In this document: in pieces, positions 1-9,087 of the stretch
Layout: each line of letters opens with the position of its first letter
Numbering within the stretch: the stretch's first letter is position 1
Virus record (IMG/VR): IMGVR_UViG_3300001680_000191
Coordinates: 1 to 64,000 of that record
DNA from: an uncultured virus (IMG/VR IMGVR_UViG_3300001680_000191)
Taxonomy: Duplodnaviria; Heunggongvirae; Uroviricota; Caudoviricetes
Length of the DNA: 64,000 nt
Reading direction: 5' to 3' (one strand)
Notes under the pieces: model-generated
Told to the model about the DNA's origin: nothing
Databases searched by the model: none
Seen by the model: only the letters and a program-made list of their open reading frames with translations
Program-made: the position numbers and the translations under genes

Positions 1-1
1 A

Positions 2-3000
2 TTTGTATCTCCAGGAGTTTTCATCAATGAGATTGATAATTCCTTTATACCAAGAAACGCTCCAGAGATTGGACCAGTAGTCGTTGGCCGCGCGCGCCGC
101 GGCCTGGCAATGACCCCCGTTAAGGTGGAATCATACTCAAAATTTGTTGAGATGTTTGGAGACACTGTAGCCGGCGGCGGAAATAGCGATATTTACCGCG
201 AGGGCAACTATACTTCCCCTATGTATGGTGGCTACGCTGCCAAGGCTTTCCTCCGCTCTAACGTCGCACCTGTTACTTACGTGCGACTTCTCGGACAACA
301 AACTGATGCAGGCCGAACTGCTGGTGGCGCCGCCGCCGCAGGTTGGGCTACAACGAATGCTGGACCTACGGCTGTCATGGGCACAACTGGCGGAGCATGG
401 GGACTTTGGGTCTTTCCATCCGCATCGGCAGCCCAGACCTCGGCCGGCGGCACTCTGCGCGGCATCATTTCTGGAGCGGCTGCAACAGCCTCTCTTGCTG
501 CTATTATTTATACACAGCAGGGCGTTCCTCTTCTGTCGGGTTCCCTATACGGGACCGAGTCCGCCACCGGCGGCACGACGGGTGAAGAAGGAAAAGCTGG
601 CGTTCAAGGAATTAACACTCTGATTAAGGCTAATTCTACAACAGGTCTTTTCACTCTTATTTATTCTGCCTCCGGAGTCAGCAAGAAAATTAAGTTCAAC
701 CTTAATGACTCTTCCGAAAACTACATTCGCAAGAAGCTTAATACGAATCCACAACTGGCGACCGCCGGCGATTTCTACCCGTCTGCTACCGAAGTTAACT
801 ACTTCTTAGGCGAGACTTTCGATCAGGATCTCCTTGATAAAGGTTTAGCCACCAACAAGAATGTGGTGGGAATGATTACTGCTATAGGATACAATACGTT
901 AACTGATTCTAAGACAAAAACAAGCGTCGATACAGATAACACACCAGCCCAAATGAAGCAAGTAGCTTCTACAGAGGGGCGTACAAGTTGGATCATTGGA
1001 CAGGATCTAGGAGCCGCAGACGAATATTATGCTCCAGGTATACAGAAGCTTTTCCGCCTCGTGGGCCGCGGCCATGGCGAATGGCTTATGGACAATGTTA
1101 AGATTTCAATTAGTAATGTTCGCCAATCTAACAGCTCCGTTAGCGATTACGGAACATTCTCGGTCATCCTTCGCGATATGAACGACTCAGATAATGATGT
1201 TGTTGTCCTTGAGCGTTATGACGAATGTACCCTCAACCCAGCTAGCCCCAACTTTGTCGCCCGAAAGATCGGCGATATGTATGTTAAGTGGGATGCCAAG
1301 GAGAAGAGACTCCGTCGCTATGGCGAATACGACAACAATTCCAAATTTGTGTATATTCAAATGAACGCCGACGTCGAAGCAGGCGCCATTGATGCAGTTA
1401 CACTTCCCTTTGGATATTTTGGTCCTCCAAAACTTCTGGATGTCTCCGGCGCCACATGCCGGCGCCTGGGGCTGAATACCGGTCCCGGCGGTACCTATGG
1501 CCACGGCACTAGCGATAGTGTCAATAGTGTGTCTGGAACCTACGTGTCATTTGCTGGCTCCGGTTCAACTTTTGGAGCCAACGGTTACACCCCCGGCGGT
1601 ACCGCCACGCCAGGCTTCTCGGTACCGGCAACAGGCTCTTGGCGCCAGGGCGGCGCCGCCTACGACCACGGCGGCGGACGTAGTCCAAGGCATGGAATGT
1701 CCATAGGTAGTGGTGCTCTTGATTACTTTGCTCTCAAAATGGAGTTCCCGAAGGCGCGCCTTAGATATTCAGCTTCTGCTGGAGGTCTTACTGACCCTCG
1801 AAATGCTTACTTCGGTATGCAAACATCTCGCGGAATAAACAGTACCATCTCAACCCCTGGGATTGGTGAAATGCACAGAATGTGGTCCAAAAACTGGCCG
1901 GATGATCCAACTGCACCAGCCACCGCAGGTGATATCGGTGCGCGCGGATATAACGGATGGGGGTATGTTTTCTCCTTGGACGATGTTATCTCAGGCTCAA
2001 CCGGTGTATTCTACTACGCTTCCGGCTCTCGTGCCCGAGAACAATCCTACACAACTGGTAGCTGGAAGGCTATTCTGGATGCTGGATACAACAAGTTTAC
2101 AGTACCACTTTGGGGTGCATTCGATGGCTGGGATATTACGAAACCAGATCCCGCATATAACAAGGGAATGACACCCGGATCGTCTACTGAGAACAATGAC
2201 TATATCTATCACACTTGGGCCCGCGCAATGGACACCGTTGCGGATCCCGAAGCAATAGATATGAACATGCTCTGTGCACCCGGACTTACGAACAACCAAT
2301 TAACCGAGAAAGCGATGGACATCTGCGCAGCACGCGGCGATGCTCTGGCTCTCATTGACTTAGCGAATGTATATTTGCCAACTCACGAGATCTACAAAAG
2401 CAATAAGGCAGACCGCCTTGCTTCAACTCCAACGCAGGCTGCTATCTCACTTCGAGATCGCAAGATTGATACGAGTTACGGCGCTACCTTCTATCCGTGG
2501 GTTCAGACCCGCGATGAGGGAACAGGTCGACTCCTCTGGATTCCGCCAACTGTCGCCATGATGGGCGTTCTTGCTAGCTCACAGAAGAAGTCGCAACTTT
2601 GGTTCGCTCCCGCAGGCTTTAACCGCGGCGGACTTACCGAGGGTGCAGCAGGACTTCCAGTTCTGAATGTGACCCAGCGATTAACTTCTAAGGAGCGCGA
2701 CATTCTATACGAAGCGCGCATCAATCCGATTGCGTCCTTCCCATCTACTGGAATTGTGGTCTTCGGACAGAAGACCCTCCAACAGCGCCAGTCTGCACTG
2801 GACAGAATCAACGTACGCCGCTTGGTGATTTACTTGAAGAAGCAAATCTCCATCATCTCGTCCAAGATTCTCTTCGAGCAGAACGTACAGGCCACTTGGA
2901 ACCGCTTCCGTTCGTTAGTCGAGCCATTCCTCGCAAACGTCAAGGTTACCTTTGGTATCACTGACTACAAGTTGATTCTCGACGAAACCACCACCACCCC

Positions 3001-3118
3001 TGACTTGATTGATCAGAACATCATGTATGCGAAGATTATGGTCAAGCCGGCACGTGCCATCGAGTTCATTGCGATTGACTTTGTTATCGCATCAACTGGA
3101 GCGTCTTTTGACGACTAA
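2..3118 (+). CDS. Contractile tail sheath protein (gp18-like), 5'-partial
   Basis: The frame is open from position 2 (FVSPGVFINEIDNS, a typical sheath N-terminus), so the true start precedes the window. C-terminal sheath motifs: WFAPAGFNRG, INPI, GQKTLQ, ALDRINVRRL, KPARAIEFI. Confidence 0.95.
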   Translation, partial: FVSPGVFINEIDNSFIPRNAPEIGPVVVGRARRGLAMTPVKVESYSKFVEMFGDTVAGGGNSDIYREGNYTSPMYGGYAAKAFLRSNVAPVTYVRLLGQQTDAGRTAGGAAAAGWATTNAGPTAVMGTTGGAWGLWVFPSASAAQTSAGGTLRGIISGAAATASLAAIIYTQQGVPLLSGSLYGTESATGGTTGEEGKAGVQGINTLIKANSTTGLFTLIYSASGVSKKIKFNLNDSSENYIRKKLNTNPQLATAGDFYPSATEVNYFLGETFDQDLLDKGLATNKNVVGMITAIGYNTLTDSKTKTSVDTDNTPAQMKQVASTEGRTSWIIGQDLGAADEYYAPGIQKLFRLVGRGHGEWLMDNVKISISNVRQSNSSVSDYGTFSVILRDMNDSDNDVVVLERYDECTLNPASPNFVARKIGDMYVKWDAKEKRLRRYGEYDNNSKFVYIQMNADVEAGAIDAVTLPFGYFGPPKLLDVSGATCRRLGLNTGPGGTYGHGTSDSVNSVSGTYVSFAGSGSTFGANGYTPGGTATPGFSVPATGSWRQGGAAYDHGGGRSPRHGMSIGSGALDYFALKMEFPKARLRYSASAGGLTDPRNAYFGMQTSRGINSTISTPGIGEMHRMWSKNWPDDPTAPATAGDIGARGYNGWGYVFSLDDVISGSTGVFYYASGSRAREQSYTTGSWKAILDAGYNKFTVPLWGAFDGWDITKPDPAYNKGMTPGSSTENNDYIYHTWARAMDTVADPEAIDMNMLCAPGLTNNQLTEKAMDICAARGDALALIDLANVYLPTHEIYKSNKADRLASTPTQAAISLRDRKIDTSYGATFYPWVQTRDEGTGRLLWIPPTVAMMGVLASSQKKSQLWFAPAGFNRGGLTEGAAGLPVLNVTQRLTSKERDILYEARINPIASFPSTGIVVFGQKTLQQRQSALDRINVRRLVIYLKKQISIISSKILFEQNVQATWNRFRSLVEPFLANVKVTFGITDYKLILDETTTTPDLIDQNIMYAKIMVKPARAIEFIAIDFVIASTGASFDD

Positions 3119-3164
3119 TAAATTATGAACCAACTAGTTACAATATTAAGGGAGATTACTTAAA

Positions 3165-3758
3165 ATGCCATTCTGGTCAACAAACTTTGGAGAAGACACT
3201 TCACTGAAAGATCCAAAAAGATCTTTTAGATTTACAGTAGAATTCACGGGAATTCAGGATCCTATGGGGAATGGCGCCACACTTTGGTATGCAAAGTCAG
3301 TTCAAAAGCCCTCCTTCAGTATTAGTACTGCAGAGCACAAGTATCTAAACCATACTTTCCAATATCCTGGTTCTGTCACTTGGAACGAGACGGCAATTAC
3401 GCTTGTCGACCCAGTAAACCCAGATATGACTGCAACCCTTTCTGATATTGTGGTACAATCAGGGTATTCACCACCTACCGATGCTACTGCAGAACAAATG
3501 GGTACCATGTCTAAGGCTAAAGCCGCCGGCGCACTTGGAACAGTCTACATTACACAGATTGACTCCGATGGCAAGCCGCTTGAAACCTGGACACTGTGGA
3601 ATGCTTTCATTACAGATCTTAAGTTCGGCGATCTTTCCTATGGCGAAGATGAGTTGACTGAGTTGAGCGTTACACTTAAATATGATTGGGCCCGTGTCGA
3701 AACAGCGAATGCTTCTGCAGCAGTTGCTGGTGGCGGAAACGAATTCTTCGGTGTATAA
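3165..3758 (+). CDS. Tail tube protein (gp19-like)
   Basis: Directly after the sheath; PKRSFRF, WNETAITLVDP, ETWTLWNAF, FGDLSY, LKYDWA match the tube-protein pattern. Confidence 0.88.
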   Translation: MPFWSTNFGEDTSLKDPKRSFRFTVEFTGIQDPMGNGATLWYAKSVQKPSFSISTAEHKYLNHTFQYPGSVTWNETAITLVDPVNPDMTATLSDIVVQSGYSPPTDATAEQMGTMSKAKAAGALGTVYITQIDSDGKPLETWTLWNAFITDLKFGDLSYGEDELTELSVTLKYDWARVETANASAAVAGGGNEFFGV

Positions 3759-3789
3759 AACAGACAATCCATAATTTGAGAGGTGTATA

Positions 3790-4653
3790 TTGTCAAGAAA
3801 TAGAGAACGTGTTGGCGGCACAAAGCAAACACATGCTGATCCGCCCGTTCCACAAGTAGCAGAAGGGGCGCAGGAATCACCCTTTTCCTTCGTTGTTCCT
3901 ACAGAGTTTGTGGATCTACCATCTGAGGGGCGCTTTTATGTGGAGGGTCACCCCCTGCATAACGAGTCCACCATTGAAATCAAGCAGATGACTGCGAAAG
4001 AGGAAGATATTCTGACTTCGAGATCTTTGCTTAAAAAGGGAATTGCCCTCGATAGGGTTTTGCGTAACGTTATTGTTGATAAGCGCATTGAAGTCAGTAG
4101 TCTTCTTATTGGAGATAAAAACGCAATTGTTGTTGCAACCCGTGTTTCGGGCTATGGCAACGAGTACACAACCAATGTTACGTGCCCTGCATGCGGCGTT
4201 AATCAAGAGTTTATGTTTGATTTGAATGAGTGTGAAGCAAAGGATACGGCTGATGAAGCTAAAGATGCTGGCGTAGTCGATAACGGGGACGGTACGTTTA
4301 ACGTTGCTCTTCCTCGCACTGAGATAGACATTACCTTTGGTTTAATGACCGGCCGCGAAGAGAAGAGACTTTTAAAGCTTCTCGAAAGCTCAAAGCGCTC
4401 GAAGGACGGAGAACACAATATTACCCAACAGCTTAAAACAATTATCGCACAGGTCAATGGTGATGACGATCCTAAACTCATTTCTTATGTAGTTGAAAAC
4501 CTTCCATCGCTTGACTCTCGATATCTGCGAAACGCATACAAAGCCACTAATCCGGACCTGGATCTGACACAAGAGTTTGCATGCTCTGAGTGCGATCACG
4601 AACAGGAAATGGAGGTGCCGTTGACAGCGGACTTTTTTTGGCCTGACCGATGA
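3790..4653 (+). CDS. Tail assembly chaperone / baseplate hub assembly protein (gp26-like)
   Basis: LPSEG..Y, MTAKEEDIL, two CxxC pairs and a C-terminal FFWP; lies between tube and tape measure. Confidence 0.75.
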   Translation: MSRNRERVGGTKQTHADPPVPQVAEGAQESPFSFVVPTEFVDLPSEGRFYVEGHPLHNESTIEIKQMTAKEEDILTSRSLLKKGIALDRVLRNVIVDKRIEVSSLLIGDKNAIVVATRVSGYGNEYTTNVTCPACGVNQEFMFDLNECEAKDTADEAKDAGVVDNGDGTFNVALPRTEIDITFGLMTGREEKRLLKLLESSKRSKDGEHNITQQLKTIIAQVNGDDDPKLISYVVENLPSLDSRYLRNAYKATNPDLDLTQEFACSECDHEQEMEVPLTADFFWPDR

Positions 4654-4657
4654 GTAT

Positions 4658-4888
4658 ATGCGAAACGTCTATGAGCAGTTCTTCTTCCTAAAATACGCCG
4701 GCGGATGGTCGCTTACTGAATCCTATAATTTGCCCGTTGGGCTTAGACTGTGGTTCACAGAACGCTTGGCAAGGCAGATCGAAGACGAAAATGCAGCCAT
4801 GAAAGATTCACAACGAGGCGGATCTTCAAGCCAGACGTTGTCATCGCATAACCAGCCCAAAGGCATGAATGCCCCCAAGAAAAGGTAA
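4658..4888 (+). CDS. Small tail assembly chaperone partner, possibly a frameshift extension of the upstream gene
   Basis: GGWSLTESYNLPVGLRLWF motif; its frame is open back through the T7 run at 4633-4639. Confidence 0.65.
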   Translation: MRNVYEQFFFLKYAGGWSLTESYNLPVGLRLWFTERLARQIEDENAAMKDSQRGGSSSQTLSSHNQPKGMNAPKKR

Positions 4889-4911
4889 GAGATAGAACTC
4901 TTGCCTTTTTT
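4880..4911 (+). terminator. Rho-independent terminator
   Basis: Stem AAAAGGTAAGAG / CTCTTGCCTTTT with an ATAGAA loop, running into a T-tract. Confidence 0.7.
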
Positions 4912-4948
4912 GTATTCATACTAATTATTCTATAGCGAGGTAATCACT

Positions 4949-7573
4949 TTGGCAGACGACGGAAAAAGCGCAGCGGACCTAGCGGCAGAAAATGAGCTTA
5001 TCCGCGAAGGTATTGCCCTCAACGAAAAAAACCTAAAGATCGTCAAGGAGATTCGCAAGGACCAAGAAGATGCAGCCGCCCACGAGGCGAAACGCCTGCA
5101 GGAAAGAACAGCCGACCAGAAAAAGTCAATCGGCGCCCAAAATGAGGCTTTGAAACAGCAGGAGGCGGAGCTTACCCTCCTTGAGAAGAAGAATGTTTCG
5201 ATGTTTAATTTTTTGAAGAAGACGGAACACCACGAAAAAATAGCTCAGGATAGGATTGCTCTTCTGCAAGATAGCTTGAGTCTAGATGAGAAGAGACTAG
5301 CGCTCGCAACAAAAGATAAATCCGTTTCCCAAGAGACGCTTAAGGGTATGGTTAGCAAACTAAAGCAAAATAAAAGAAACATCAAGACCGAAAAAGAAAA
5401 CTTAGAAAACGGACTCAAAGGTATTGAGCAAGGCAAATCGATGCTTAAAAACTTGGGCGCCCAAGCACTCGGGCAGTCCAAAATTGGTTCTGCAATTCTG
5501 AAGGGCGGAAAAGGACTACACAGCATGTGGAAATTGGCCGGCAATCTGACGAAAGCCCTCCGAGCCGGCGCGGTCTCCGCCTCGATGCTGACCGCTGCAC
5601 TCGGCATTGGTATTATTCTGTTGGTGGTGGCCGCCATCGCGAAACTCATCGAATTCACCATCATGCTCGCAGTAAAAACCAGAGATGCTACAGTAGCCTT
5701 TCAACGATCCACCGGTGCAGCCGCAAAATTCGGCAAAGCGATACCAGACTTAGAGTACAATATGCGCGCAGTAGGTGTTTCCATGGAAGAGGCGACTGCA
5801 GCGCAGGGAGCGCTTTACAAGAGCACAACTGACTATACGATGGCTTCAGGAAAAGCTCGCGATGATCTTTACAAAACAACCGCCCTCATGGGTGAGTTTG
5901 GTGTAAGTGTAGAAACCTCCGCTAAAATCGCGCAAGCAGCTACCAAGGGGCTGGGAATAGGTATCGGTGGTGCAGACGAACTTCTGTTAGGGCTATCTGC
6001 CCACGCATCCGATATCGGCGTGCCAATCAGCAAGATGATGGAAGACTTTGCCGCTAGCGCAGACGAGCTTAAGCGTTTTGGCAGCGACGGCGAAAGAGTG
6101 TTTAAGAGACTTGCGATGGTTTCCAAGGTTACGGGAATGGAGATCGGTCGTATTCTTGCAATCACAGAGAAATTTGACACCTTCGAAGGCGCCGCAAAAC
6201 AAGCCGGTATGCTGAATGCAGCAATTGGTGGTAATATGGTTAATGCGATGGATCTTATGATGACGACCGATCCTGTCGAGCGCTTTAGCATGATCAAGGA
6301 CAGCATTATGGACACCGTTGGATCCTTTAACGAGATGAGTTATTATCAGAAGAAATTCTATGCGAATGCCGCAGGCTTGAAAGATGTGGGTGAATTGGCG
6401 GCGATGATGTCCGGAGACTTTAACGCATTAGATGGAAGTATTGGACAGACATCAAAAGACTTTGAAAAGCAACGAGCAAAGGCTAAAAACTGGCAATCCA
6501 CAATGGACCTTCTTAAAAATACGTTAGCCTCCTTTCTCCCCACAATGAAAAAAATGCAGAAGCCACTTCAGGATATGTTGGAGGCTTTTGCTAAGGGCGA
6601 AGGGCCGCTGCAAAAATTAGGAGATAGCTTTGCATTACTTATGGAGACTGCAATGTTGCCGGGCATGAAAGCCCTCCCGGAGAAAATTATATATTTTGTT
6701 GACAAGCTTGGCGAGCTTTCGGATTGGTTTAAAGAAAACAAGGACATGATTATAATGGCTGGTAAAGCCATGATGTACGTCATGATCGGCATCGGCGCGG
6801 CCCTGGCGCTCGTGTACGCCCCCATTGGGTTGCTCGTCTACGCTCTCACCCATCTTGTCCTGTGGCTTGGAGAGGTTATGGGAATCGTCAAAAAGAAAAA
6901 TTCCCCGAGCTTCCTGGATCTCTTTACAGGAGGGATGCTAGCAAAAAGCTTAAAAACCGCAGCGTCAGCATTTAAGCTTTTAATGTCTCCAATTATAATG
7001 CTTGGTAACCTACTTGGTAAACTCGGACACTTGTTCGCAGAAACCTTCAATTTCGACGGCATTAAGGATAATGTAAGCAAGTTTGTTAAGTGGCTCCCGG
7101 GCGAATGGGCTGAGTCGGTAACGGGTATCAAAACAGAAATGGAAATATCCTCACCATCCGAAAAGATGATGCGAGAGGTTATCGATCCGACATTCGTGCA
7201 ACCGATGCAGTCAGTAGCCGCCAAGATGCCGGCTCTCGTCGACGAGGTTTATGCGGGTGTTCCCGACCAAGCCGGCGTCACTCTTGGTCGCCTGAAAGCC
7301 GGACAGGTCTCCATGGACGAATTAAAGGCTGACGCAGCAGAACGTGTCCGAAGCGCGATGACTCCGTTAGCAGATATGTTCGGCGCCACCGGACTACTCG
7401 ATCAAGTAGCTAGTGCTATGGGCACCACTACCGCCGGCGCAGGAGGCGGTCCACAAACAACTCAAGTAAGTATTCCGATCAGTATTGGCAAGGACCAACT
7501 AGGTACAGTAGTAACCGAGATAGTAGACGGTCGACTGGGCGCTGTTAGCTACCAAGGTATGGCCGGCCATTGA
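4949..7573 (+). CDS. Tape measure protein
   Basis: 874 aa, Ala/Gly/Lys-rich and helical, with a coiled-coil N-terminus and hydrophobic segments; canonical position after the chaperones. Confidence 0.82.
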   Translation: MADDGKSAADLAAENELIREGIALNEKNLKIVKEIRKDQEDAAAHEAKRLQERTADQKKSIGAQNEALKQQEAELTLLEKKNVSMFNFLKKTEHHEKIAQDRIALLQDSLSLDEKRLALATKDKSVSQETLKGMVSKLKQNKRNIKTEKENLENGLKGIEQGKSMLKNLGAQALGQSKIGSAILKGGKGLHSMWKLAGNLTKALRAGAVSASMLTAALGIGIILLVVAAIAKLIEFTIMLAVKTRDATVAFQRSTGAAAKFGKAIPDLEYNMRAVGVSMEEATAAQGALYKSTTDYTMASGKARDDLYKTTALMGEFGVSVETSAKIAQAATKGLGIGIGGADELLLGLSAHASDIGVPISKMMEDFAASADELKRFGSDGERVFKRLAMVSKVTGMEIGRILAITEKFDTFEGAAKQAGMLNAAIGGNMVNAMDLMMTTDPVERFSMIKDSIMDTVGSFNEMSYYQKKFYANAAGLKDVGELAAMMSGDFNALDGSIGQTSKDFEKQRAKAKNWQSTMDLLKNTLASFLPTMKKMQKPLQDMLEAFAKGEGPLQKLGDSFALLMETAMLPGMKALPEKIIYFVDKLGELSDWFKENKDMIIMAGKAMMYVMIGIGAALALVYAPIGLLVYALTHLVLWLGEVMGIVKKKNSPSFLDLFTGGMLAKSLKTAASAFKLLMSPIIMLGNLLGKLGHLFAETFNFDGIKDNVSKFVKWLPGEWAESVTGIKTEMEISSPSEKMMREVIDPTFVQPMQSVAAKMPALVDEVYAGVPDQAGVTLGRLKAGQVSMDELKADAAERVRSAMTPLADMFGATGLLDQVASAMGTTTAGAGGGPQTTQVSIPISIGKDQLGTVVTEIVDGRLGAVSYQGMAGH

Positions 7574-7604
7574 CCGGTATATAATTTAAAAGGAAACAGT
7601 ACAA

Positions 7605-8738
7605 ATGGCAGACTGGCAAAACTGGACAGATCAATTTAGAAGCGGAAAATATGGCAAGACCACAACTGGTGTCAAGGGCACTGGTATGCCTGTTATCGAG
7701 GTCGATCCGTCTGATGCTTATGCGAGTTCTGATGGTATCCGAGGGATGCAATTGTCATTCTTCCACGTCCCGAGCCAAAAGGCTGTATATTTCAAAGCCT
7801 TCATTGTCGCCTATAACGAAACGTTTAATAGCGATTGGGCATCAGATACAGTATATGGACGCACCGATCCAATTTACATGTTTAAAGGCACCCAACGCCA
7901 GATCTCGTTAAACTTTAAAGTACCCGCATTCTCAGAAGGCGAAGCATACGAAAACTTAGGCAGAGTACAGAAATTAACTCAGTACTTATATCCTACGTAT
8001 ATCGACGACGAAGGCGGCGGACGAATCATTGGGCAGTCGCCTCTTGTTCGCATGAAAGTAATGAACTTGGCACAACTTGGGCCGGCCAGCGGTGACCCCT
8101 ACGGCCGTTCCCACGCGCTGTGGGCACAGAATCACCACGTCATAGCCCGTACCATGAGCGGCTCAGCCCTTTTCGACCAATATAAGTCCACCAATATAGC
8201 CAATCAAGGTATACTTGGTGTAATTTCATCGGTTCAGATAGACCATAACTTGGAAAAAGAAGGTGTTCTGGAAAAAGGCTTTAATACTGTTTTGCCCAAA
8301 TTGATTGATGTATCGGTAACCTTTAATTGCATTCATGAACAAACCATCGGCTTCGACTCCTCTGGTAATGAACTAGCACCCGGGTTTCCATACAATGTGG
8401 TCTTGGAGGAGCCCTGGGACACCGGATCCGAGAGCCTGTCATTTGACATGAAAGCAACGCTCGCTGAAAAAGCACGTGAAATGCGCGATGTACGACAGCA
8501 GCAGCTTGACGACGCAGAGGCACGTTATGGCGGCATGTTTGGAACATCTGGTCCATTTGGTATAGGTCGAGGGCGTTTAGGGAGTGATTTAAGCGCACTC
8601 AAAGACGGAGATCTCAATGCATATGAAGAGTCTGCACTAAGAGGCAACTATGCAGAAAAGGAGTGGTCCGAAATAGAACGCAGAGCCGGCCTTGGCGCCA
8701 TACCCGCCGACGACGGCTTTGCGGGCTGGGACAAATAA
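7605..8738 (+). CDS. Baseplate / tail tube initiator-like protein
   Basis: YGRTDPIYMFKGTQRQISLNF and PKLIDVSVTF motifs; follows the tape measure. Confidence 0.6.
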   Translation: MADWQNWTDQFRSGKYGKTTTGVKGTGMPVIEVDPSDAYASSDGIRGMQLSFFHVPSQKAVYFKAFIVAYNETFNSDWASDTVYGRTDPIYMFKGTQRQISLNFKVPAFSEGEAYENLGRVQKLTQYLYPTYIDDEGGGRIIGQSPLVRMKVMNLAQLGPASGDPYGRSHALWAQNHHVIARTMSGSALFDQYKSTNIANQGILGVISSVQIDHNLEKEGVLEKGFNTVLPKLIDVSVTFNCIHEQTIGFDSSGNELAPGFPYNVVLEEPWDTGSESLSFDMKATLAEKAREMRDVRQQQLDDAEARYGGMFGTSGPFGIGRGRLGSDLSALKDGDLNAYEESALRGNYAEKEWSEIERRAGLGAIPADDGFAGWDK

Positions 8739-8747
8739 GGATAAACT

Positions 8748-9086
8748 ATGGGAAGATATCAAGACACAAGGCGCCTTATTAATGCTAGCGATTATTACTC
8801 ATTTTTGCGCAAGAAAAGAAACGATAAGAAGCGCATAATCCAGTACGCCACACCTCGACTGATTAACCCGGGCGTCAATGCCCGCGCAAGTTTAACGACT
8901 AACGCCTACATTTGGAAGTATGGTGATCGGTTTTACCAGATGGCCCATCAATACTATGGAGACTCTCGCCTATGGTGGATCATTGCATGGTATAATGGAA
9001 CACCGACGGAAGCAGACATCTTCCCAGGGGATCAAATTAGCATTCCGGTCAATGCCTCCAGCGTATTGGAAATTTTAGGACTATAA
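8748..9086 (+). CDS. LysM-like baseplate wedge protein (gp53/Tail X-like)
   Basis: GDRFYQMAHQYYGDSRLWWIIAWYN...PGDQISIP. Confidence 0.8.
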   Translation: MGRYQDTRRLINASDYYSFLRKKRNDKKRIIQYATPRLINPGVNARASLTTNAYIWKYGDRFYQMAHQYYGDSRLWWIIAWYNGTPTEADIFPGDQISIPVNASSVLEILGL

Positions 9087-9087
9087 T

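Noticed and set aside
110..112. ATG at 110 as the sheath start
   Set aside because: The frame is open to the window edge and encodes the conserved FVSPGV N-terminal motif, so the true start is upstream.
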